64,000 nt of DNA from a virus, in the IMG/VR virus record IMGVR_UViG_3300024263_000001, positions 1 to 64,000 of that record. One strand, given 5' to 3'. Shown here one piece after another: positions 38,038 to 46,469 of this stretch (its first letter is position 1; every line of letters starts with the position of its first letter). The notes below the pieces were generated by a model. That model was not told the DNA's origin and searched no databases. It worked only from the letters and a program-made list of their open reading frames with translations. Position numbers and translations under genes: made by a program.

Positions 38038-38427
38038 TCAGTCCCACCACACTCTAACAACAGCGAGATCGGCGGGGAAGGGATGACTTCCAAAAGCAGA
38101 AGCCAGTTCTTTGCTTGTCATTCCTATTGGGCCTTCTGAACTTTCCGCACCCACCCATCCAACCTCATCGGCTGACCAAGTGCTGATTACATCCAGCAAC
38201 ACGGAGAGGTTGTCTTTATATGTGAGGATATATAGTGTATCAGCATTGAGGTAATCATCAGGTAAATCCCTCAGCTCGATGAGCCACCCATATTTGAACC
38301 GCCCAAAGATGAAGGACTGCCATAGGTGCTGATTCCTTGCTAAAGAGTCGGCCACATCGTTGCCGTCAAGAAAGTTGAAGCTCCTAAGACGTAATCTTGT
38401 TAACTGAATTTTCTGTTTTTCGTTCAT
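38038..38427 (-). CDS. Hypothetical protein ending in VWWD
   Basis: GGAGGT RBS; 'SFN.LDG', 'WWD' terminus. Confidence 0.65.
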   Translation of the reverse strand: MNEKQKIQLTRLRLRSFNFLDGNDVADSLARNQHLWQSFIFGRFKYGWLIELRDLPDDYLNADTLYILTYKDNLSVLLDVISTWSADEVGWVGAESSEGPIGMTSKELASAFGSHPFPADLAVVRVWWD

Positions 38428-38648
38428 GTTACCTCCAAGAACTTATCATATTCATCTGGTGGGAGGATCCGATCACATATTGAGCAAAACAAGTTTGCAT
38501 CATCGCGATCTCCATGTTGTTGCTCCTTCGGCTCATACCGACAGGCGTTATGGTCCCATCCATAGTGCGTAATCAGAAGCAAACCCTCAATATGCTCATT
38601 GAAAATGAACTGATTTCCACAGTAGGGACATTCAATTCTTTCTCTCAT
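38424..38648 (-). CDS. Zinc-ribbon protein, tandem paralog A
   Basis: IECPYCGN..F.E.I.G...WD...Y...L.C..C...LP. Confidence 0.65.
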   Translation of the reverse strand: MRERIECPYCGNQFIFNEHIEGLLLITHYGWDHNACRYEPKEQQHGDRDDANLFCSICDRILPPDEYDKFLEVT

Positions 38649-38657
38649 TTATTCCTC

Positions 38658-38885
38658 CTAGTATACGCTACATTCTAGGAATTGATTGTACAAGTCGGGC
38701 AACCCCTTTAGGCATTCACCGCAAGTGAGAGTACCGCCATCATGCCCCCAACTTTCAAAACGCTGATACTTGTAGGCTTGCTTTTCTTCATCCCATAGAT
38801 GATATAGAGTTTGCGCTTCACCCCAAATATCTTCCTGAAAGTTGGTCGTGTTTCCGCATCTAGGACATTCAATTTTCTTGCTCAT
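38658..38885 (-). CDS. Zinc-ribbon protein, tandem paralog B
   Basis: IECPRCGN..F.E.I.G...WD...Y...L.C..C...LP. Confidence 0.65.
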   Translation of the reverse strand: MSKKIECPRCGNTTNFQEDIWGEAQTLYHLWDEEKQAYKYQRFESWGHDGGTLTCGECLKGLPDLYNQFLECSVY

Positions 38886-38903
38886 TTTTTCTCCTTCTGG
38901 TTT

Positions 38904-38963
38904 GCGGGGAGCAGGCTCAACTAGTTAGTGGGCATTACCAACCCTATGGGCACTACTCCCCGC
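38904..38963. other. Intergenic stem-loop
   Basis: GCGGGGAG / CTCCCCGC closing stem, no clear U-tract. Confidence 0.45.
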
Positions 38964-38966
38964 CAC

Positions 38967-39791
38967 TTACGATGCCAACCCTAATTGCCTTCTTAGGTAT
39001 CGGCGGAGGGATGATCTTAGTTGGTGTTCTGCTACCCGCGCAAAGTGAAGAATCCGTATGTCACCTGGATGCACATTAACTTCTCCCCACAAATCCCCTA
39101 GTGCCCATTTAGCAGCTGGGGACACAGGGAATACCTCTATTGCTCGTACTAGGAGGGAGGGGACATAGTATTTTTCTTCAAAGTGGGATTTGAGATGATC
39201 GGGGGCGTGCATAGAACCATCAGCATTACTTACTACTAATGCACAGTTCCAGCAATCCCCAAGTCCAGGTTTAGGAACTTCCCCCGCAAATAGAGCCTTT
39301 ATATAGTTGCGGGAATACTTGAGAATCTCTTTGTTTAGTTTCTTGAGTTCCTTAGCGGGAGGCCCAGCCCCTTCTACTATACCATCAGGATGATAGGAGA
39401 ACTCAATTTTCATACCATCAGCAAACACCCAATTCTTATATAGTCTCTTTTTCCACCCTTTTCTTTGTTGTTTCCTGCGCTCTAAATACCAGATACTATC
39501 CTGCCGATAGATATAGTATCCTTCTGGTAAATGAGCGTTTAGTCTATCCTTAGTAGTCTTGGTATGAAAGCCTTGAGTGTCTATTATCACTATTTGTTCT
39601 CTAAATACCTCCTTATCGTGTTCACACAGATGAGGATAGGATATACAGTAAGTGATAATATCCGTGTTATGGTGTTTTATGGCGATACTAGTAGGACTTC
39701 TCCGTTCTACCCTAGTTTTGTAACGAATGGGGCGGGAATCCTTCTTCCCCAAATACTCATTGGCTTGTTGGTAACTACGAATTTCTGTCAT
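38967..39791 (-). CDS. Hypothetical protein, paralog of 41991-42761
   Basis: Start MTEIRSY after AGGAG; shared motifs over the full length. Confidence 0.8.
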   Translation of the reverse strand: MTEIRSYQQANEYLGKKDSRPIRYKTRVERRSPTSIAIKHHNTDIITYCISYPHLCEHDKEVFREQIVIIDTQGFHTKTTKDRLNAHLPEGYYIYRQDSIWYLERRKQQRKGWKKRLYKNWVFADGMKIEFSYHPDGIVEGAGPPAKELKKLNKEILKYSRNYIKALFAGEVPKPGLGDCWNCALVVSNADGSMHAPDHLKSHFEEKYYVPSLLVRAIEVFPVSPAAKWALGDLWGEVNVHPGDIRILHFARVAEHQLRSSLRRYLRRQLGLAS

Positions 39792-39924
39792 TTTAGCTCC
39801 TCTGGATAAATTTGTTTGCCTTTTCAATATATCCGCAAATGGTCATGTTCATTACTTATACGGATTGAGAATATACCTAGTTTTCCAAGCCATAAGCACC
39901 ACCAACCAGAAAATCTATAAAGTG

Positions 39925-40107
39925 TCATTTTTTCTCCCTAAATTCAATACGTTCGGCTTCGTTGTAAATTATCACATAACTCCCATCTGGTCGGTTCCAA
40001 GCATCAATTCCACGCCTCATCATAATACGATGGCCTTCATTGATTAACTCCCCCGCCCTCTTCAGGGCTTCTTTGAGAACATAACTTACATAAATCTTAT
40101 CGTTCAT
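39925..40107 (-). CDS. Hypothetical protein
   Basis: GGGAGG RBS. Confidence 0.55.
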   Translation of the reverse strand: MNDKIYVSYVLKEALKRAGELINEGHRIMMRRGIDAWNRPDGSYVIIYNEAERIEFREKK

Positions 40108-40171
40108 TTTTTTTCCTCCCCTTTTCCCATTATTTATTATATTTCGTTATATATAGGTGGCGGGGGCCAAC

Positions 40172-40396
40172 CTACGCTATGGCTACTCGCTCCGCCATAT
40201 CTAAGCCAGTTTGAAACGCCTCAAGCCAGTCGAGCATCCGCCCCGTGGGTAGGCGCGGAGAAATATACACCCCCTTACCCGCAAAGATTTTTCCCCCACC
40301 AGATGCCCAGTCAACTCCGATGTCAACCCCATAGATGCGTATGAGGGTATCAACTTTGGACTTAATCCGCTTCCGTGTTATCCTTCCCATTTTCAT
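40172..40396 (-). CDS. Hypothetical protein, first gene of leftward transcript
   Basis: AAGGAG RBS just downstream of a strong promoter. Confidence 0.6.
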   Translation of the reverse strand: MKMGRITRKRIKSKVDTLIRIYGVDIGVDWASGGGKIFAGKGVYISPRLPTGRMLDWLEAFQTGLDMAERVAIA

Positions 40397-40417
40397 CTCC
40401 TTTTCGCTTTTGCAATC

Positions 40418-40446
40418 ATTCTATCACAGATTTTTCGGCTTGTCAA
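40418..40446 (-). promoter_or_regulatory. Strong leftward sigma70 promoter
   Basis: TTGACA-17-TAGAAT with TG extension on minus strand. Confidence 0.8.
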
Positions 40447-40693
40447 GTCCGTTCTAGTGTGATTTTAGACCATCTTCACGCTCAAAGCAACACAAATACC
40501 TCTTTTCTGCCCCCCTAGCATTTCTAATCATTTTATCTTCAAAATTCGAGACTTTTCGTCCCAAATAATTTTTGTGTTCCAGGTTGCTGCTGGGTAGGGG
40601 GGTGGGCAATTTTTCGGCATGAAAGGTGACTAAGAAGGTAAAAAAGGTGAAAAAGACCAAAGTAGTAAGGAGACCAAATTGGTCTAGATTAAC

Positions 40694-40767
40694 TTGACAT
40701 ATATAACCTTAAATCGTATCATATAGACGAAATTCGATGGTTGCAAGAAATAAAACCGTGATATACT
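40694..40767 (+). promoter_or_regulatory. Tandem rightward promoters
   Basis: TTGACA(40694)-17-TATCAT with AACCTTAAA in the spacer; TTGCAA(40741) followed by TGATATACT. Confidence 0.6.
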
Positions 40768-40776
40768 TAACACAGA

Positions 40777-40932
40777 ATGGGAAGCGTAAAGAGTAGATCA
40801 CTAGCATACTGGAAAGAGATAAAACAAGCGCGGGAATTAGCGCGCGCTAAAAAGCTCGCTACTGGTGAACTAGTAATAGGTTTGAATAGGAATGGTAAAC
40901 CTATTACATTACCGCGGAGGGGGAAAGAATGA
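40777..40932 (+). CDS. Small basic protein (51 aa, not in ORF track), possibly leaderless
   Basis: MGSVKSRSLAYWKEIKQARELARAKKLATGELVIGLNRNGKPITLPRRGKE; stop overlaps next ATG. Confidence 0.45.
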   Translation: MGSVKSRSLAYWKEIKQARELARAKKLATGELVIGLNRNGKPITLPRRGKE

Positions 40933-41165
40933 GAATCAACCAAGAACTAGACGCAATCAACGAACTGGACAAACTAGACAATCTCTATACGCGCGAACCT
41001 TATGATCGTTGTCCTAAGTGTAAGTGGCTTAACTCAGCGATCATTCTTAGTAGCTCACCGTGGGTGCGATGTTATCATTGTCTACAGTCTAGCCACTTGA
41101 AACACTGGACTAGAATTTGTCAAGGCGAAGAAAAACCGCGGCCAAAAAGTAAACATTTCTGGTAA
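40929..41165 (+). CDS. Zinc-ribbon protein
   Basis: CPKC, CYHC; GGAGG RBS. Confidence 0.6.
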   Translation: MRINQELDAINELDKLDNLYTREPYDRCPKCKWLNSAIILSSSPWVRCYHCLQSSHLKHWTRICQGEEKPRPKSKHFW

Positions 41166-41195
41166 ACCTATTACACTACCAGCACGGAAAAAATA

Positions 41196-41381
41196 ATGCA
41201 CTGCGGATATTGTACCAAACACAAAAGAGATCAGCATTATAGTAACTGGTGCAAGGACCATAAACATACTAGTAATTCCATGATAAACGGTACTTTCAAG
41301 TCGTGTAGGAATTGCCAATACTGGCAAACATATAAGGAAAGGAGACAAAAGCATGGTCAAATGCCCAGGTTACAATCATAG
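41196..41381 (+). CDS. Cys/His-rich small protein
   Basis: CGYC, C..H, CRNC. Confidence 0.5.
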   Translation: MHCGYCTKHKRDQHYSNWCKDHKHTSNSMINGTFKSCRNCQYWQTYKERRQKHGQMPRLQS

Positions 41382-41466
41382 AGAATGCCAGAGCTATTTC
41401 AATTTGGCTCACAACTGGCGCGGCTTTTTCTGGCATATAATCAACTATCACTTGCGCCAGTTGTAG
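41353..41466 (+). CDS. C2H2-like micro-protein (37 aa, not in ORF track)
   Basis: AAGGAG RBS; MVKCPGYNHRECQSYFNLAHNWRGFFWHIINYHLRQL. Confidence 0.5.
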   Translation: MVKCPGYNHRECQSYFNLAHNWRGFFWHIINYHLRQL

Positions 41467-41487
41467 AATCAAAAGGAGACAAAAACA

Positions 41488-41703
41488 ATGGTCAAGGTAT
41501 CTGAAAACCTTATGGACGATCCAGCAATAGCAAGGGTTTTGCAAAAGCCAAAACCTAAGTTTCCCCTGTGCTATTGTAAAGTGTGTCAAGGGGACACCAA
41601 ACACGATGACCGTCCAAATAGGGATAACCCCAAACCGTGCCCGAAAAGTATCTGGTTTAGAGCATTAAGGGGAGAACCTATACCAGCAGTAGGGAGGGGA
41701 TAA
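41488..41703 (+). CDS. Small zinc-binding protein
   Basis: CKVC...H...C; AAGGAG RBS. Confidence 0.55.
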   Translation: MVKVSENLMDDPAIARVLQKPKPKFPLCYCKVCQGDTKHDDRPNRDNPKPCPKSIWFRALRGEPIPAVGRG

Positions 41704-41776
41704 GATGGTAATGGTAAATCTACAATGGCTAGAAATCAGGCAACGTTGGCTTAAGAGATTAGCAAGGGGGGAAACA

Positions 41777-41989
41777 ATGAGAATCTATGTAGTAATAGGC
41801 TCATTCTCTGGTGTACTGCAAGATTGCCACGCTTTTGACAATGAAAGAGAAGCGAAAGAGAAATGGGGAGAAATTGTCAAGTGCTATGGCATGGACCCCG
41901 ACAAGCCACTACCAGGGTATGATACACCGGGACACAACGATTATCATGATGTTTGGGTTGCAACACCACTATTAGTGAAAAGAGGATAA
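41777..41989 (+). CDS. Hypothetical protein
   Basis: Probable start MRIYVV after AGGGGGG; upstream in-frame start at 41705 possible. Confidence 0.55.
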   Translation: MRIYVVIGSFSGVLQDCHAFDNEREAKEKWGEIVKCYGMDPDKPLPGYDTPGHNDYHDVWVATPLLVKRG

Positions 41990-41990
41990 G

Positions 41991-42761
41991 ATGACACAGA
42001 TAAGATCATATCAACAAGCCAATGAGTATCTAGGCAAAAAACCTAGCAGACCAATCCGGTATGCAACAAGAATCAATAGGCGCGGAGATAACATGGCAAT
42101 CACACATCACGACACTGATATAATCACTTATCAGCCAGACGGTAATGTGATTATAGATACTGATGGTTGGCATACTAAGACAACAAAGGATCGGCTCAAC
42201 AATCACTTACCGTGGGGATCGCGTGTTTACCAGAAAGATAGTATATGGTATCTATGGCAAGGCTGTGGGGCTTGCTGGAGTCCATATCAAGCAAACCACG
42301 AACAAGACAAACATTTGGTATTTGCTGATGGTATAAAGATTCTACCAGATCGTACAATTCAAGGTGCTGGACCACCAGCAGACAAACTAAAGAAGCTAAA
42401 CAAGGCGATCACCAAATACACGCGCGATTATATCAGCGCGCTATTTGCTGGGAAAGTACCAAAGCCTAGTAGTGGAGATTGTTGGTTTTGTCTTCTCAAA
42501 AGCCAAAATGGGGAGACAATGGGAGAAGCGTTTAGGGATCAAGACCATCTTCTTTCCCACTTCGAAGAGAAGTACTATGTACCGTCACTTCTGGTGCGCG
42601 CTATTGAGCTATACCCTACTAGTCGCTATGCTATGTGGGGATTGGGTTATTTGTGGGGAGAATTAGAGCATGGAAAGACATGTGTTGACGACTTGACCAA
42701 ACGCCAGTTAAGATCATCGCTCAGACGTTATCTCAGACGACAATTAGGATTAGCCAGTTAA
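41991..42761 (+). CDS. Hypothetical protein, paralog of 38967-39791
   Basis: 'GWHTKTTKDRLN', 'GDCW.C', 'HFEEKYYVPSLL', 'RRYLRRQLGLAS'. Confidence 0.8.
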   Translation: MTQIRSYQQANEYLGKKPSRPIRYATRINRRGDNMAITHHDTDIITYQPDGNVIIDTDGWHTKTTKDRLNNHLPWGSRVYQKDSIWYLWQGCGACWSPYQANHEQDKHLVFADGIKILPDRTIQGAGPPADKLKKLNKAITKYTRDYISALFAGKVPKPSSGDCWFCLLKSQNGETMGEAFRDQDHLLSHFEEKYYVPSLLVRAIELYPTSRYAMWGLGYLWGELEHGKTCVDDLTKRQLRSSLRRYLRRQLGLAS

Positions 42762-42772
42762 GGGGGGATCAG

Positions 42773-43108
42773 ATGAAAAAGACAATTGATTTTACTGGTA
42801 CAGTCTCCCACGGTACAATGAGGCCACAAGACGTATTACCAGTATTACTGGGAATACTTGAGGAATACTGGCCTGAAAAAGCAAACAAGATCATAGAGTT
42901 CTATTCCTACGACTGGGAATGGCCATCTGCCGATAAAAGCCTAGTATTCCCCGATCCTCTACCAGACTATTTGCAAGACGCGGCTATGTATTTGTGGGAA
43001 GAGTTAGCAGACGCGCTCAATGAGATAGCACCAGAAACACATTACTTTGGTGCTAATATAGGCGATGGTTGTGACTACGGCTTTTGGTCAATAGACGATA
43101 TACCATAA
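42773..43108 (+). CDS. Hypothetical phage protein
   Basis: 'GTVSHGTMRPQD', 'YFGA..GDG.DYGFW' recurrent phage motif. Confidence 0.7.
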   Translation: MKKTIDFTGTVSHGTMRPQDVLPVLLGILEEYWPEKANKIIEFYSYDWEWPSADKSLVFPDPLPDYLQDAAMYLWEELADALNEIAPETHYFGANIGDGCDYGFWSIDDIP

Positions 43109-43127
43109 AATAACTGATCCTCTTCGG

Positions 43128-43182
43128 TAGCACAAAGAGCCAACAGTCAAGTAACACCTTACAAATGTTGGCTCTTTTGCTA
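43128..43182 (+). terminator. Stem-loop ending the rightward small-gene transcript
   Basis: AAAGAGCCAACA / TGTTGGCTCTTT extended by TAGCA / TGCTA. Confidence 0.65.
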
Positions 43183-43958
43183 TTCTAAAATCGTCTAAGA
43201 AGCTCAGGTCGCGCTACTTATACTGAAAGTGTTTAGGTGTATTTTAGGGGATAGTAGGATATACAAGGGATAGTTTTAAGACCGCTAAGAGCGTCTAGGG
43301 GATTCTGATAAGTGATGATGCTGCTGGTGGAATAGAGATTGAGTGTATGATGATGGAGTAGGAATAGATCATCAACAGATTATAGGTAATGATAAGACAA
43401 TAAGACTATAAGTATACACTTATAGTGTTAAGTATGTATGAGCGGAGGATGTTAGTAACAGTAATGATTACTAGTGTTAAGATGTTATGAGTAGAGGTAG
43501 TACATTCTCTCTTGTCTCTTCCCGATCCCCAAAAGATGGTGACCAACCAGTCAGTTCAGGATTGTACTAGTACAAGTAGTACAATCTGAGCGTGAACCAG
43601 GCGTAAAAGAGTTTACGTAATGGACCTTATGTAGAGTAGCAAGCGTAACAGCCTATATGAGGGCAAGCTGTCCGAGAAGTGATCGTTTTGGGCAGGGATG
43701 CCCCTCGTTCCAGTGTATCCAACATTTTCCAGATCTCGTCTTAGAATACAACCTCCGGAGATTATAAATTAAAATACAACTCCCACGAGTTATATTCTTC
43801 CCTCATTCTAATCTACTGTTGGTTTTCCAAACTTCACCTCATTATAAAATTCGATCTTAAAATCTTCCCCAAAACCCTATATTTCCCCCGCTGGGGAAAA
43901 TTGGTATACAAAACGTATACTATAGGCTACAATTTGTATCCTATCACTTTTTATCCTT

Positions 43959-44009
43959 AACCTTAAAATTCCTCGTTTGTCTTGATTTTTATTCATTCTG
44001 TGGTAGAAT
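43959..44009 (+). promoter_or_regulatory. Promoter with upstream AACCTTAAAATT box
   Basis: Box 43959-43970, 11 nt, TTGATT, 16 nt, TAGAAT with TG extension; ATG 6 nt later. Confidence 0.7.
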
Positions 44010-44015
44010 AAGAAC

Positions 44016-44216
44016 ATGGACCCTTTCACAGGACTACCAATCGAAGAAGATCCTCTCCTAGAATACCACACGGTTTATAATACTATTACTCGATTACATC
44101 TCCAAATCATTGCTCTCAGAAATCACTTGCTCCTCAATGTTATTCCTCGCCTTGCTATCCAAAAGGAGGGGGCGGAGATAGACGCAATCGCCAAGGAACT
44201 CTTGAACTGGGACTAA
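44016..44216 (+). CDS. Hypothetical protein (probably leaderless)
   Basis: ATG at the expected start site of the upstream promoter. Confidence 0.5.
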   Translation: MDPFTGLPIEEDPLLEYHTVYNTITRLHLQIIALRNHLLLNVIPRLAIQKEGAEIDAIAKELLNWD

Positions 44217-44267
44217 CCTTAAAATTTTCTGCTACCGTTTGACTTCTACACTTTTCTGTGATAGAAT
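44215..44267 (+). promoter_or_regulatory. Promoter with upstream AACCTTAAAATT box
   Basis: Box 44215-44226, 12 nt, TTGACT, 17 nt, TAGAAT with TG extension. Confidence 0.75.
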
Positions 44268-44363
44268 GAGATAAAGGGAGGGCGCACCAATGACTAACCC
44301 ATCCCCTGGGATCCCTGTGGGATTTCCAAGTGAGGTATACCGCATTTGCGAAAGGAGAGGAAG

Positions 44364-44570
44364 GTGAAATTCAGAATTGGTAGTCGTGTCAATCATAAGC
44401 ATCGACAGCGCAGAGGTGTTATCAAGGAGTTTCTATCGCTGTCAGTAGAACCTTGGGGAGACGATGATTTGGCACCTGGCGCTGGGGTTAAATGGGATGA
44501 TGACAGTAAACACGGGTGGACAGTAGTGTTATTAGAGGACTTGGAGGTTATCAATGACCTTCCCATCTAA
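44364..44570 (+). CDS. SH3-like small protein
   Basis: 'KFRIGSRV.H.....GVI...VKWDD......EDLEVI'; GTG start after AAGGAG. Confidence 0.55.
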   Translation: MKFRIGSRVNHKHRQRRGVIKEFLSLSVEPWGDDDLAPGAGVKWDDDSKHGWTVVLLEDLEVINDLPI

Positions 44571-44964
44571 AGACTACATCGCCCTCTGCACCAACCCAGA
44601 ACCGGCAGAGAAGTTGAGGGAGGAGTGGGAGAAGCGGGGGGCACAAGAAGGTGATTGGGTTCGTGTTGAGGGACATGATTGAGCCTGGGTTTTTGTGGTT
44701 GCAAAGCATCAAGTATCATGGGCAAAATTAGCAACAGATAGTTCCATAGTGTTCTGGCTCCCCACCCAACGCCAACTCCAAGAGATGATTCAAGAGGCGG
44801 GATACTGGTGGATGATGGGGGTTGGAGCATCGGTTTATGATTACATCGTGGAAGTGAGGAATTGGAAGGGCGAAATGCCACTAATTGCCAAGGGCTCTGG
44901 CCCCGACCCCGAAACCTGCCTCCTGCGGGCCTTGCTGGAGGTGATGGAGAAGGAGGAGAGATGA
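44554..44964 (+). pseudogene. Phage gene interrupted by an in-frame TGA at 44680-44682
   Basis: GGAGGT RBS, ATG 44554, MTFPSKDYIALC...GDW..*AWVFVV...WLPTQRQLQEM in one frame. Confidence 0.6.
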
Positions 44965-45200
44965 TACCTGAAGAATACTACAAGAAATGGAATGGAAAAT
45001 GGGGAGGCGAGGGAGCATGGCCCGACGAAAGGTGCATAGATTGGGCCGAAACTTTCGAGCCTGGGCGCATACAATTTTGGCTGAAATACCACAAAGATTA
45101 TACAAGGGCTTGTAGGGCTGTGGCAGAGAATATACCGTCATTTAACAACCTCTGGGAAGAAACATTTGCAGAAGTAACGGCGGAGCAGCCCCCCAAATGA
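44961..45200 (+). CDS. Hypothetical protein
   Basis: Start MIPEEY after GGAGGAG. Confidence 0.5.
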   Translation: MIPEEYYKKWNGKWGGEGAWPDERCIDWAETFEPGRIQFWLKYHKDYTRACRAVAENIPSFNNLWEETFAEVTAEQPPK

Positions 45201-45426
45201 GCATCGTACACCAAGAGGAGGAGAGAGATGACGCTTCCTAAGACGAAACCTATTACTTGCGCAAGGTGTAAGAAGGAGACGAAGACCAACGAGGAGGTTG
45301 ATGGTTGGCCGTGGATTCGATACGAGAGTGTTGAGCAACAATTAGAGGCCGATCTGTGCTTTGAATGTGGCCCAAAACTGCTCAAATGGTTGGGGCTCGA
45401 AGGGGCCAAATGAGCATCGTACACCA
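45193..45426 (+). repeat. 21-bp direct repeat CCAAATGAGCATCGTACACCA (45193-45213, 45406-45426)
   Basis: Exact repeat flanking ORF 45228-45413. Confidence 0.85.
45228..45413 (+). CDS. Small zinc-finger protein
   Basis: CARC...GW...DLCFEC. Confidence 0.65.
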   Translation: MTLPKTKPITCARCKKETKTNEEVDGWPWIRYESVEQQLEADLCFECGPKLLKWLGLEGAK

Positions 45427-45448
45427 GACAGGGAAAGAGGAGGAGAAG

Positions 45449-45760
45449 ATGGAGAAGTTGATACGGCTAGTAAGGGGTTACTTAAACGAAGAGGAATGGT
45501 CAGATACCCACGAGGCGGCCATAAGCCTGATCACCCGCATCGGCAAGGCTTATGCAGAAGGGGAGTTGAAGATACGTGGGGAGGTGGGGCGGATAGAAGG
45601 TGTGTTGGCAGAAGAGATTATCCAGCACTTCTTTCCTGGCAAAGAGGGTGACATTCTCATCGCCCTTTCCCCTACGAGGAGAGGCGAAGAGGAGGAGAAG
45701 ACTGGCGAATTTCCACATTTTGAACCAGATGAGCCATCCTTCATTGCGGAGATTCACTAA
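45449..45760 (+). CDS. Hypothetical protein
   Basis: Start MEKLIR after GAGGAGGAG. Confidence 0.55.
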   Translation: MEKLIRLVRGYLNEEEWSDTHEAAISLITRIGKAYAEGELKIRGEVGRIEGVLAEEIIQHFFPGKEGDILIALSPTRRGEEEEKTGEFPHFEPDEPSFIAEIH

Positions 45761-45776
45761 TGAAGAAGGGAGGTGA

Positions 45777-46448
45777 ATGATGGAAACACAAATAAAAATC
45801 CCACATACTGAGTACCCAGAAATAGCCAAAGAAAGAAGGGCGGGTAAAACTCTTGAATCTATTGCTGAACCTTATGGTATTACCAGAGAACGAATCCGTC
45901 AAATTCTGAAGGAACACTTTCCCGAAATTACAGCAAAGGTAGCGGGGCGGACTAGAAAGAAGATTCTCAATCGAGAACGGGAAAAGGAAACTAGATTTTG
46001 TACCTGTGGATGTGGAACAAAAATTCCTGTATGGAGAAAAGTAAATTACAAAAACGGGAGATGGGCTCCTGCCCCCCGCTATGTTTCTGGACATCAAGGA
46101 CGAAATCGTGTACCCTATGAAAGGACCCCCATAGATCGAGCAAGAATTTCAGTAGCAGCAAAGAGAAACTGGGCGGCGGGAAAGTATGATAATAAGATCT
46201 TAAAGAAAACCATTATAATGCGTCGCAAACTCTGGAAGATCCTCAAAGAACATCCAGAAGGAATAACAACCACGGATATTATAAAGGCAACAGAAATCAG
46301 CCGTAGCACACTCAATAGATGGATAAGAACGCAACAATACATGAGATTTAACATTCGTCGACAAGGAAAGCGTGGGCAACCCTATATTATCTCATTAGCC
46401 AAAGAACCATCTGTGAATTTAGAGAATGAAATGTGTTCCCCCACCTAA
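45777..46448 (+). CDS. Multi-domain DNA-binding protein (sigma region-4-like HTH, CxCGC motif, winged helix)
   Basis: 'GKTLESIAEPYGITRERIRQIL', 'CTCGCG...YVSGH', 'GITTTDIIKATEISRSTLNRW'. Confidence 0.75.
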   Translation: MMETQIKIPHTEYPEIAKERRAGKTLESIAEPYGITRERIRQILKEHFPEITAKVAGRTRKKILNREREKETRFCTCGCGTKIPVWRKVNYKNGRWAPAPRYVSGHQGRNRVPYERTPIDRARISVAAKRNWAAGKYDNKILKKTIIMRRKLWKILKEHPEGITTTDIIKATEISRSTLNRWIRTQQYMRFNIRRQGKRGQPYIISLAKEPSVNLENEMCSPT

Positions 46449-46469
46449 ACTTAGATACTGGAAAGAGAA

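Noticed and set aside
40397-40776. Lysogeny switch (cI/cro) at the divergent promoters
   Set aside because: Flanking genes lack recognisable repressor HTH domains and no integrase is present in the window
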